A DNA stretch of 64,000 bases, taken from contig NC_086376.1 of NCBI RefSeq assembly GCF_036588685.1, positions 76,859,630-76,923,629 of the forward strand. Direction: 5' to 3'. Under the pieces are notes generated by a model that saw only the letters and a list, made by a program, of their open reading frames with translations, searched no databases and was not told where the DNA came from. Origin of the DNA: Mytilus trossulus. Its lineage: Eukaryota. Below, one piece after another: positions 11,901-25,300 of this stretch. The number at the start of each line of letters is the position of its first letter. Position 1 is the first letter of the stretch. Both the position numbers and the translations under genes were made by a program.

Positions 11901-14900
11901 TTTTCCTTTGATCTTTTTTTGTGATAATTTTCATATTATGCTTCTCGCTTGAGATGGAAAAATTATCGCTAGAAACTAAGGAGGCCACGTGGCGTTGCTA
12001 ACGAAATTGACATGAAATTGACAACGTCGTCATAGGTAAAATAGCGATAAACAGATTATCATTGGTCATCTCAACTCGATTGCTTTTCTCACTTTCGCTG
12101 TACCAGCTCAAGCAAGAAAATCAACCTCGTTGAGATGATCAACGATAATCTATAAATATATTTAGATTTTAAATTGTAGATAGTCTACTGATAAAAATTT
12201 TAAAGCTTTGAGTAATGAGACTGTTTCAAGATTATTCTTAAGTTTAGATTTTATTCATGTGTCTCTATGTTTACTGTCTTTAGTATACTGAAAGTAGGAG
12301 TTGCAGTTAAAGAAGATGGCAAAAAACTTCATCTTGATTATGGGCTAGTAGTAAATGGATGTGTAGACTTAAGACATGTCCTTAATAGAGTCAGAGGAAT
12401 ATACACCTGGTATGCTAAAGCTTTGTAGTCTTTTGTAGTTCATTCAGTATGTACAAAGCTAAGGGTTTAAGATTCTTTGTAGCAGGAATGGAAAAACATA
12501 AAACTTGATTTTTTCAGTCTTATTAAAAAATCACCAAAATCAGGTTTGTGGGTTCATAAATCAACAAATTAAAAAAAATAGAGCCTCTGGCATATTGCAT
12601 CCACTGACATAGTTAAACAAGATAGGCATATACAAGTACTCTCAATAGTTACAAATCTGCTATAGAATACAAGATGGTGTCTTATTTATATACATCAAAG
12701 AATTGTCTCTATCATTGATTTACCAAAACAATTGGGAAAAAAACAAACATGAAACTTGAACAATATATTATGATATAACATACATAACAGTTTAAAGTTT
12801 AGAAAATTATTCTTCATGCTAGTAATGTTAACTGTTAGTGATGAATATAACTTATCCAGTAGTGTTGTTTTTCAGTCGTAGTAAAGGACTACAGGGCCAA
12901 GCTGAGAGTATATTAGGAGTAATGTTAGATAAAAGTAACCGTATAAGATGTGGAGACTGGGAAGCTGATGATTTTTCACAAGAACAGGTAACCTATGATT
13001 TAAAAAGTACACAACTAGAAAATGCAAATTTCACAACCATTCTTAAGATTTATAGAGTATACAATTACGCTTAACAAAAAGATTTCTTTTACATTTGTTA
13101 AATGGGGAAAAATATCCTATTGATGTGAGAACTATGAATGGTACATAGTTTTACTTTGTGGTTCACTCAAGATACTTGTCTAGAATTGTATTTATCTCTT
13201 CTTTCACATGCTTTGGAAAGTTTCTAATTAAAAAGAATAAAGTCATGTTAGCTATACTGACAAGTCTGACATAAACATAAAAAAGGCCATGTGGTATTGC
13301 CAATGAGACAACTACCCACCAAAGTTTATGTAGTGGAAGTAAGTAATTAAATGTTGTTCATCAAAAATGGACATTTGTTTGTTCATGTAATGTAAACTGT
13401 ATTTTATTTCTAATTTTAGATAGAATATGCAGCCAATGATGCGCTAGTAGGTGTAGATATATTTATGAACTTAATCTTGGCCAAAATGTGGGGCAAGAAA
13501 CCAGATATTAATATAGAAGATATTTTCACCATTGTTGATGAAACAGAATTTTGGACCTTTACGAGGTCTTTGGTACAAGGGACAGTAGATGTTAATGTTG
13601 GAGGAGCATGGAATTCTAAAAATCCTGCTTACAAAGGACCACAACTAACAAATGATGAAGAGGTTTGGAAATAACCTTTTATTAACTTTTTACCATGTTT
13701 TAATTATTATTAATACATTTAGTAACAAGTTCAGAAACCATATAGTCAGCACTCTGAAATGAAAAATGTAAAAACAATTCAATCAAGAAAACTGATGGCC
13801 TAATTTAAAACAATACAAATTACAAAAAAAATAAAATATGACAGACATTAACCAACAACATCCAGTGAATTACTGGCTGCTGACTTACACACATGTTTAA
13901 CTTGTCTGCTTAAAGATTATGGTGGGGTTATAAAATAAACATGTTTGCGATTGCTCAAATATTTCTCTAACCTTAGATAGTGATGTTTTAAACAGCACAA
14001 CATCAGAACAAACTATAAATTCATTTGTAAATGGCTTAACTCAATAGTTGGTTCAAAGTACAATAAAAAAATCACATAAAAACTATTCTTTGGTCTGATA
14101 AATAGTGATCTAATTGAAGATCACATCAGGATCACATCACATCATCATAATTATTCTATAAAGAAGGTTCTGAAGGCAACATTATTACAAAAAGACAAAA
14201 ATGAATTATTTACTTCCAGATATCTGTCAAAGATAAAGAAACAAGAGCTTATGTATTACGACAACGGCCATTATACTACAACTGTTACCTTTTAGCTCCT
14301 GATGGAGAAAGTCTGTGTACCTGTGATATAAAAAAGGCAGAGTGGTATATAGAAAAGGGTTTAGCAGGTATATTGATACTTATCATGCTAATAGCCAGAT
14401 CCAATCTTATCAATTAAACTTTCTATTAGATTGTTACGTAAGTTATAGAAATACAAACTCAAAGAACTATGTTCTCACTTCTTTTGTTGAAACACTTGAA
14501 AAAGTCTGGCCAACACAACTTTTATTCAATTTTAATATTTGAGAAGTAAGATTACAGCACTATTCACAAGTTGAATCTTAGCTTTTCTTTGAATTGGAAA
14601 TCACAGTATTTCCTTGCAACCTGAGTTGCATATTAAAAACACTTGATGAGCTTTATAATGACATCTGCTCTTTACAAAAATATTATTTGTATGTTTCAGA
14701 CAAAGTAAATGATGACCCATTCACAGTTCAATTAAAATTTGAACCAGCTGGTCGTCCGGCATCTAAAGATGATTATTATTTACAAGAGAAAGAAAACATT
14801 TGTGTAGTTTGTGGATCAAAAGAATCCTATGTACGAAAGCAAGTAGTTCCTAAAGAATATAGAAGGTAAAATATTTCATTGATTTTTGGTATCTTTGTCT

Positions 14901-17900
14901 TACACATGACAAAAAACCAAAATATTATCCCAATGGTCATCATGACGCAAAAAAGAAAAGAAAAAAAAGGCACTATTAAAAACAATTTTTAAACAGACAC
15001 GTTTCTGTGAGGCAAAAAGACTGCTGGTACAATAATATTTGTGTATAGGGATAGACAGACAGAATTAAGGAGAAGGGTTTGATCTGTTTCTGAGGTAGTG
15101 TAAGCTAAAGGACCACTGTAATGGTGTATGGAATGATTTTTAGGTATACATGTTTCTCTGGCATGGTTCATATGACTGAACTCATTCTGATGGCAATTGA
15201 TAATGTGAAGTGGATGCTATACTTATAATAAAACTCGTATTACAGACTTTTAACAAAAATTCAATCTGAATCATAAGTAAAGCAGTTAAGACAATTGATA
15301 TCAGCATATGCACTCTTGTGTTTTGGCAATTAACTAGATTATTAAACTTTGTCATTGGCTTTATTTACTGGTACATATATTTCAGATATTTTCCTCCATC
15401 ACTGAAGGACCATGCCTCCCATGATATACTGTTACTATGTATGTCATGTCATGTTAGGAGCACACAGTATGATACAACTCTTAGGTACCAGTTAGCAGAT
15501 GAATGTAATGCACCTATAGATGAGGGATCTGGAACTAAACAATTAAGTGACCAGGACTTACAAAAAGTTAGATCAGCTGCAAGGTAAATATATATTTTGA
15601 CTTAAAATTGCACTATTTGTTAAATATATTTCTCTTTGAGTGTTCCAGATGAAGGTAAATTCAAAAAAGTGCTTTCGAACATGAAAAATATCAAGTGCTT
15701 TTTTTATGCCATGTCATAGTGGCCATTTATTTGTAAAACAAAATGTCAAAAAAAATGTTTGAAGGATTTATTTATTCCTGTAGCAAAATTAAGATGTTCA
15801 TCATATACTATAGTATAAATATTAGCTAGATATGCACAAAAGTGTGTGAAGTTGTCTGGATCTGAAGGTATGGTTGAATTCAAGTTCTTTAGACCAAGTG
15901 CCTGTTATACTTTTACAGTCCTCTGTAATAAACTGGGATTAATCCAATTCAAATATTACAGTTATGCTTAAGGGTGGTCATTTGTTGTCTGTTATTTCCT
16001 GAGCAAAGCTATCTAAAAAAAGCAATTTGTAAAATTTGTATGACTTTGAATTATGTGAGACTTTTTATGAGAACATGCAATTTAGCTCTTGAAACTTGTT
16101 TTGCAGAAGACTGTTAGTTAACACATAGTTAGTTTTTTGTGGCTTTATGTAGTGATCTATAGTGCAGTTTGGTTATTGGCTAATAAGAACTGCAATTTTC
16201 TTTTATAGAGCATTGTTAAATCCAAAAGCTAAAATTCCTGAATTAAGAAAGACAGAATTAAAGAAGACATTAGAAGATTTTTATGGAATAACAGATTTCT
16301 CACCTGAAATACTGACACAGGCAGCAGAAATTGAATACAGGTATGATCTGCTGTAATTAAGTGCCAGTTTTTCACTCTTCCAGTCTGTTGTTTATATGAA
16401 ATCTAGTATTTCTCCATGAACATTTGTACTGCAACTTTTTCAACTATCAAATATTCTTGAAGTACGTCTGTTTTGATGGAGTACTATTTTTATACAACTT
16501 TCGTCCTATATTGCTATCACGTTGGTGTCGTGGTCTGCGTCATCGTCGTCCGAATACTTTCTGTTTTCGCACTCTAACTTTAGTAAAAGTGAATAGAAAT
16601 CTATGAAATTTTAACACAAGGTTTATGACCACAAAAGGAATGTCAGGATTGATTTTGGGAGTTTTGGTCCCATCAGTTTAGGAATTAGGGGCCAAAAAGG
16701 GCCCAAATAAGCATTTTCTTGGTTCTCACACTATAAATTTACTTTAACAGTCAGGGGCGTTACTTAAACAAGTTATTTTTTTTAGTTACTTATATAAGTA
16801 ATTTTTGTTTTTGAAAATAATAAAATAACTTAATAGAGTTATTTTAATTTTCAATAGAAACATAGACTAAATGTAGTTTTCATGATTTTAAACAACATTT
16901 TGTATCATAAAATAAAGAAATTATCAGATTTGAGAGGAGTATAGAGATAAAGGGTTACTTTAGAAATAATGACAAAAATATTACTTGAATAAGTTATTTT
17001 ATACAAATTTGATTTTTTTTTAGCAATTACGCTTATTCAAGGCACATATGTAATTGATTCCGGTTACGAATTATAAATAACTTAAGGTCTTAATTAATTC
17101 ACAAGTATCTATCTATTTATATCAGTCTACCTTCAAGATTTTAGAGGAAAATGATAATTTAATAGTCCCAAGAGACCAATTTTTGACCCAGAAGCGTTGG
17201 TATGAAAGATAAGTGGGTCAGAAAGTTAGTTAGTGTTTCGGAAGAATTAGTTTTTATATATCAAGGGAAAAATAACCAGATGACTGAAAATTATTAAAAG
17301 CTAGTAAAATCTGTATTATTGGACACCTATAAAAATAATATTCAGAAAAATAACTTATATAAGTTATATTTAAATAAGCCTCGTTTTCAACATTACTTGT
17401 ATAGGTAATTTTAATTGTTACATGTTTAAGTAATACCCCTGACTGTTTAAGTAAATAGAAATCTATAAAATTTTGACACAAGGTTTATGACTACAAAAGA
17501 AAGGTTGGGATCAATTTTGGGAGTTTTGGTTATAACAGTTTAGGAAATAGGGCCCAAAAAAGGGCCCAAATAAGCATTATTCTTGGTTTTCGCACAATAA
17601 CTTTTCTATAAGTAAATAGAAATCAATGAAATTTAAACACAAGGTCTATAACCACAATAGGAAGATTGGGAATGATTTTGGGAGTTGAGGTCAGAACAGT
17701 TTAGGAAAAAGGGGCCCAAATAAGCATTTTCTTGGTTTTGGCACCAAAACTTTAGTATAAGTAAATAGAAATCTATGAAATTTTAACACAAGGTTTATAA
17801 CCGAAAAAGGAAGGTTGGAATTGATTTCAGGAGTTTTGGTCCCAACAGTTTAGGAATAAGGGGCCCAAAGGGTCCAACATTAAACTTTGTTTGATTTCAT

Positions 17901-19324
17901 CAAAAATTGAATAATTGGGGTTCTTGATATGCCAAATCTAACTGTTTAAATATGAAGATTCTTAATTTTTGGTCCCGTTTTCAAATTGGTCTACATTAAG
18001 GTCCAAAGGGTCCAAAATTAAACTTTAGTTTGATTTTAACAAAAATTGAATTCTTGGGGTTCTTTGTTATGCTGAATCTAAAAATGTACTTAGATTTTTG
18101 ATTATTGGCCCAGTTTTCAAGTTGGTCCAAATCGGGTCCAAAATTAAAATTTGTTTGATTTCATCAAAAATTGAATAATTGGGGTTCTTTGATATGCCAA
18201 ATCTAAATGTGTATGTAGATTCTTAATTTTTGGTCCCGTTTTCAAATTGATCTACATTAAAGTCCAAAAGGTCCAAAATTAAACTAAGTTTGATTTAAAC
18301 AAAAATTGAATTCTTGGGCTTTTTTGATATGCTGAATCTAAACATGTACTTAGATTTTTGATTATGGGACCAGTTTTCAAGTTGGTCCAAATCAGGATCC
18401 AAATTTATTATATTAAGTATTGTGCAATAGGTGTCATACCACCAATTAAAAGTCCCTATCTGTTCAACCAAATTTTACAATTTTCACAGCTTTCTAAATA
18501 TTTTACCTTAAGTTTAACTTCACAGAAACCAGGTATGTCCTGAATCCTACATGTATCAGCTTTCTACATGCCAATTTTCAATAGGTGTTTAAAATCATAT
18601 AAAAAAGAAAAGGTGTTCCGAATAGAGGTACCACTAAAAATAACCCCTGGTTTTCTGGAAATCTTAAATTAGTATACTATGGAGTGCATTAATCCTCAAT
18701 TTTTAATGCAAACTCATAAACAAGTAAATTTTAGCTCAAAATGGTCTTAATATATTTCTCTTTAACCAAAAGTTTCATTTCTGCCAATTTGTCGGTTAGT
18801 TTAAGTAAAAAAGGACATCAAATGCACTATTTTTTGTCCGAGCAGGCCTACTTTCACATACGTTCTAAATTTGAGTGAGTAATTGGTGGTATGACACCAA
18901 TAGCAAGAAATTTTCAAATGCACAGCATTCAACAATAGCAAAAAATCTCCAATTGCACAGTATTGTGCAATAGCAAGAAATTTTCCATTGCACAGTATTG
19001 AACAATAGCAAGAAATCTTCAATTGCACAGTATTGTGCAATAGCAAGTATTTTCAATTGCACAATATTGCGCAATAGCAAGAAATATCTAATTGCACAAT
19101 ATTGTGCAATAGAAAGAAATTTTTTAATTGGAGTTATCTTTCTTTGTCCAGAATAGTAGTTGAATCAACTTAAATCATTGTTTTATTTATACAATATACA
19201 ATGTATATTCACTTTTACTTCCAACTGATAAATTAAAACAATCTTTACCATTCAGTGATAACAAGCACTTTTTATACGACCGCCAATTTTGAAAAAATTT
19301 TCGTCGTATATTGCTATCACGTTG

Positions 19325-19362
<38 letters not shown>

Positions 19363-22300
19363 CGAATACTTTTAGTTTTCGCACTCTAACTTTAGTAAAA
19401 GTGAATAGAAATCTATGAAATTTTAACACAAGGTTTATGACCATAAAAGGAAGGCTGGTATTGATTTTGGGAGTTTTGGTCCCAACATTTTAGGAATTAG
19501 GGGCCAAAAAGGGCCCAAATAATCATTTCTTGGTTTTCGCACTATAACTTTAGTTAAAGTTAATAGAAATCTATGAAATTTTGACACAAGGTTTATAACC
19601 ACAAAATAAAGGTTGGGATTGATTTTGGGAGTTTTATTTTCAACAGTTTAGGAATTAGGGGCCAAAAAAGGGCCCAAATAAGCATTATTCTTGGTTTTCG
19701 CACAATAACTTTAGTTAAAGTAAATAGAAATCAATGAAATTTAAACACAATGTTTATGACCACAAAAGGAAGGTTGGTATTGATTTTGGGAGTTTCGGTC
19801 CCAACAGTTTAGGAATTAGGGGCCAAAAAGGGACCCAAATAAGCATTTTTCTTGGTTTTCGCACCATAGCGTTAGTATAAGTAAATAGAAATCTATGAAA
19901 TTTAAACACAAGGTTTATGACTATAAAAGGAAGGTTGGTATTGATTTTGGAAGTTTTTGGTCCCAACAGTTAAGAAAAAAGGGGCCCAAAGGGTCCAAAA
20001 TTAAACTTTGTTTGATTTCATCAAAATTGAATAATTGGGGTTCTTTAATATGCCGAATCTAACTGTGTATGTAGATTCTTAATTTTTGGTCCCGTTTTCA
20101 AATTGGTCTACATTAAGGTCCAAAGGGTCAAAAATTAAACTTAGTTTGATTTTAACAAAAATTGAAACCTTGGGGTTCTTTGATATGCTGAATCTAAAAA
20201 TGTACTTAGATTTTTTATTATTTGCCCAGTTTTCAAGTTGGCCCAAATCGGGGTCCAAAATTAAACATTGTTTGATTTCATCAAAAATTGAATAATTGGG
20301 GTTCTTTGATATGCCAAATCTAACTGTGTATGTAGATTCATAATTTTTGGTCCAGTTTTAAAATTGGTCTAAATTAAAGTGCAAAGGGTCCAAAATTAAA
20401 CTAAGTTTGATTTTTACAAAAATTAAATTCTTGGGCCTCTTTGATATGCTGAATCTTAACATGTACTTAGATTTTTGATTATGGGCCCAGTTTTCAAGTT
20501 GGTCCAAATCAGGATCTAAAATTATTATATTAAGTATTGTGCAATAGCAAGTCTTTTCAATTGCACAGTATTGTGCAATGGCAAGAAATATCTAATTTCA
20601 CAATATTGTGAAATAGCAAATTTTTTTTTAATTAAGAGTTATCTTTCTTTGTCCAGTATAGTAAGCAAGAAATATCTGCAAGAATTTTTTTTAATTGGAG
20701 TTATCTTTCTTTGTCCAGAATCAACTTAAATCTTTGTTATATACAATATACAATGTATATTCACTTTTTACTACCAACTGATAAATTTGAATAATCTTTA
20801 CCATTCAGTGATAACAAGCAGTTTTTTTACATCATGTATTTAAATGAGTAGTAATTGTTGCAAACTCCATTAGAATATTTTAATTGAAATTAGTTTTGGA
20901 ATAAGGGAAAGGGGGATGTGAATAAAAAATTGGGTTAAATTTTTCTCATTTGAAATTTCATAAATAAAAAGAAAATTTCTTCAAACATTTTTTTGAGAGG
21001 ATTAATATTCAACAGCATAGTGAATTGCTCTAAGAGAAAACAAAAATTTTAAGTTCATTTGAATACATTCATTCTGTGTCAGAAACCTATGCTGTGTCAA
21101 CTATTTAATCACAATCCAAATTTAGAGCGGAATCCAGCTTGAATGTTGTGTCCATACTTGCCCCAACCGTTCAGGGTTCAACCTCTGCGGTCGTATAAAG
21201 CTACGCCCTGCGGAGCATCTGGTTTTACATCTTTTATGATGTGTAACCATAGCAACAAATTAGGCCCTATATCAACACCATCTATCAGAGAGAACAAGTT
21301 GTAACAAAATTGTTCAATATCAATGTATAACGTAAGGGTACCCAAATTGTAATGAGTACCCAAATTACACCTATTTAGCAAAAATAGCAGTGGAAATCTT
21401 AAAAGATTTCCTAGAGACTAAACAAGTTGTATTTCAATGATCTGATAGTATCCACGTCTTTCAACATAGGTAAATATATTTAGATATACACGCAACGTTT
21501 ACAGTATTTATCAACAGATGAAGTGTTTACTGAAAAAGCAAAATGTACTGAAACATTGCCATGCGACATCATCAAAACGTCATCTTTTTAAAATTAGCAA
21601 TTACAATATGTTTCAAGTATCCATTTCTTAAAAAAAGAAAAGTCAACATGGACAAATATCCTATTGTTCAAAATATTTGAAAAAAGTAAACAAATGCTCT
21701 GTTATTCAACTTTTGACGATGCAAATTTTAGCATGGATGCGATTTGGGTACTCCTCATTACAGAATCATTGATGATTGAAATCAAATTGATGTACCTACA
21801 TGTATATAATAAAGAAGGATATGGCTACAAAATAAACACAAAATGGAAATGTTTGTCTTGATCATAAAAAAACGTAGTCGGAAAAATGTCAAAATAGGTG
21901 CAATTTGGGTACTGTCACGTTATGTTTGTGAAAATTATGATTTATTTTAGCTTTCTTCATTAAAGTGTTGACAATTTAGCCAATGTTAACTAAGAAAACA
22001 TTACATAGGAACCAAAATATGTTATAAGCAACCAAAATGTAGGAACTAACAATTATGGGTTTATATGCTCCATAGAAAATGAGGTGACATTTAGTTGTAC
22101 TCTTGTTTGTCTGTACCTCTGTCTGTCTGTATGTCTCAAAATTTGTTTCCATTCTCTAACTTTGGTTTGCCTGAAATCTGAAATCCATTACTGTCTAAGT
22201 ATAGAAGTTTCCAGGAGTGATTCTGTATACACTTCTTTGCTTACGGTAACACATTTATAACTTTCATGCCTCATCTTGACATTGATTTGTACACATCATT

Positions 22301-25300
22301 GGTTACAAGCTGGTAAAATCTATCATTTTATAAAACAAAGACAGAGAAACAAAGGTACAAGTTACCTCAATTTGGGATTGTATAGTCAGTGGTTTTTACT
22401 CCAAAAATTTTAAATTGCCAGGCAGGGGTGCAGGTTATAGAGAAGGATAATCAAGAGAAAAAAAATAACTATTAAAATGAAAATGTTTATGCTTAGGCTG
22501 TTAAGGGTCTTAAATAAAGTGCCTCCCATCCCCCATCTGTTTAATTTTGAAATAATTGTAATGTACTTCTGGCCAGCTCAATCCCTTGTTATTCAATTAC
22601 ACTTTCTAGGGTTGATAACAAGAACTATGAACCACATGGTAAACTGGTGGTTAGATATATGGAAAAAAATGGAGGATTACATACGTTTGAAAAAAGATGG
22701 AGGACAAATTTCATAAGCACAATGAAACCCCAGTTCCTTCCAAAATATTGGTCCATACATCACAGACATGAGCAACATAAACAATTAGAGGTCATTGAAT
22801 GAGCTGGAAGGTCACACATTGTGTAAGTAACAAACCTTGTAATAGATTGTTCAAATCCTGGCAATTAGGTTAAGCTAGCCATGGTGTTTTGCATGCCCTA
22901 AAGTCATTATTCTCCCTGTAGGTTATTCATTCTGGGACAGAACTTTACTTTCTTTTTTGATTGCAAGATTTTAACCAAAAGAGACCAAATATTTCATTGG
23001 TTTGCCACTTTCACTTGATTAATAAAAATGGAGATTTGTCTGTATTGAATTTGGAAACATGAACCTCTCTGAAAAAGTACAAATTTGAGGCCAGATCGTC
23101 TTTTTTCTCGACTGAATTTGATTGATGGGATTTATTTTTCATCTGATTCTTTTCTGTACATGGTATTTTTTCTTTAAAACTCTTTAAAGCATTAGTGATT
23201 TTGTTTGGTGTTTGAATAATAAATAAAGTAATTCTTGATGGAATCTGTTTTTAAACAAACATGATGTCATAGACCATAAAAGGCAGTAAATACTATGGAA
23301 ATTTAATTTTGACATCATAAACTTCCAAATTTCAGACACAATATATCATTGACTTCAATAATCAGTTTTGACAGAATTAACACTTTCTGTATACTGTCTG
23401 CATGTGTATCAGTGATCACTAAATCACCTATAAGAATTTCAGAAGAATGTTTTTAATGCTCTTTATGCCTTTAATCATGGTGTCCAGCCTATGGATAGTT
23501 CAGATGGCCACTAAATTTAAACTTTTATTATCGGTAATCATCTTCTCCCCTTTTAGCTTCATGTAGATTGGCTTAGCTTTGTTTATTTTATTACACTTTA
23601 AACACAGGCACTCGTCTCAGAAAAAAATTTCTTATTTGTCTTTATAAAAAAAAAATCTGAGAAAAGTGCCTTTGACTTTAAACCAATTAGGATTTTTTTA
23701 ACTGAATATTTCAATGAAAATATGACCTTGGAATTAACATTTTATCCACTTTTGATAGGATTTGTTTCTTTCTCATCTTGTAATGTTTGAAATGTTTTGA
23801 GATGGCTAGCATGTAGTGATCAAATGTTACTGGCAGAGGAAGCCATATGGGCCTGAAAATCCTACTATGGGCTAGTGTGTAGTGATCAAATGTTACTGGC
23901 AGAGGAAGCCATAGTGTCCTGAAAATCCTACTATGGGCTAGTGTGTAGTCATCAAATGTTACTGGCAGAGGAAGCCATATGGGCCTGAAAATCCTGCTAT
24001 GGGCTAGTGTGTAGTAATCAAATGTTACTGGCAGAGGAAGCCATGGGGTCCTGAAAATCCAACTATGGGCTAGTGTGTAGTGATCAAATGTTACTGGCAG
24101 AGGAAGCCATAGGGTCCTGAAAATCCTACTATGGGCTAGCGTGTAGTGATCAAATGTTACTGGCAGAGGAAGCCATGGGGTCCTGAAAATCCTACTATGG
24201 GCTATCGTGTAGTGATCAAATGTTACTGGCAGAGGAAGCCACGGGGTCCTGAAAATCCAACTATGGGCTAGTGTGTAGTAATCAAATGTTACTGGCAGAG
24301 GAAGCCATGGGGTCCTGAAAATCCTACTATGGGCTAGTGTGTAGTGATCAAATGTTACTGGCAGAGGAAGCCATAGGTTCCTGAAAATCCTACTATGGCC
24401 TATTGTGTAGTCATCAAATGTTACTGGCAGAGGAAGCCATAGGGTCCTGAAAATCCTACTATGGGCTAGTTTGTAGTCATCAAATGTTACAGGCAGAGGA
24501 AGCCATATGGGCCTGAAAATCCTACTATGGGCTAGTGTGTAGTGATCAAATGTTACTGGCAGAGAAAGCCATATGGTTCTGAAAATCCTACTATGGGCTA
24601 GTGTGTAGTGATCAAATGCTACTGGCAGAGGAAGCCATAGGGTCCTGAAAATCCTACTATGGGCTAGTGTGTAGTGATCAAATGTTACTGGCAGAGGAAG
24701 CCATACGGTCCTAAAAATCCTACTATGGGCTAGCGTGTAGTGATCAAATGCTTCTGGCAGAGGAAGCCATATGGGCCTGAAAATGCTACTATGGGCTAGC
24801 GTGTAGTCATCAAATGTTACTGGCAGAGGAAGCCATAGGGTCCTGAAAATCCTACTATAGACTAGCGTGTAGTGATCAAATGTTACTGGCAGAGGAAGCC
24901 ATACGGTCCTGAAAATCCTACTATGGGCTTGCGTGTAGTCATCAAATGTTACTGTCAGTGGAAGCCATAGGGTCCTGAAAATCCTACTATGGGCTAGCGT
25001 GTAGTCATCAAATGTTACTGGCAGAGGAAGCCATAGGGTCCTGAAAATCTTACTATGGGCTAGCGTGTAGTCATCAAATGTTACTGTCAGAGGAAGCCAT
25101 AGGGTCCTGAAAATCCTACTATGGGCTAGCGTGTAGTCATCAAATGTTACTGGCAGAGGAAGCCATAGGGTCCTGAAAATCCTAATATGGGCTAGCGTGT
25201 AGTCATCAAATGTTACTGTCAGAGGAAGCCATGGGGTCCTGAAAATCCTACTATGGGCTAGCGTGTAGTCATCAAATGTTACTGGCAGAGGAAGCCATAG

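Larger units (their letters stand above)
16487..19270 (+). mobile_element. Older non-autonomous Helentron-like (HINE/DINE-1/pearl type) element, interrupted by two MITEs and a younger copy of its own family
   Basis: Colinear with 19271-21222: degenerate (GTC)n head, ~160-bp and ~130-bp internal tandem units, 35-bp TGTGCAATAGCAAGAAATTTTCAATTGCACAGTAT array at 18900-19115. Confidence 0.75.

Noticed and set aside
19187-19444. Poly-Arg ORF
   Set aside because: Translation of the (GTC)n microsatellite of the HINE element.
22477-22716. 79-aa ORF in the track
   Set aside because: Wrong frame; the conserved EXD2 peptide is in another frame entered through the acceptor at 22609.
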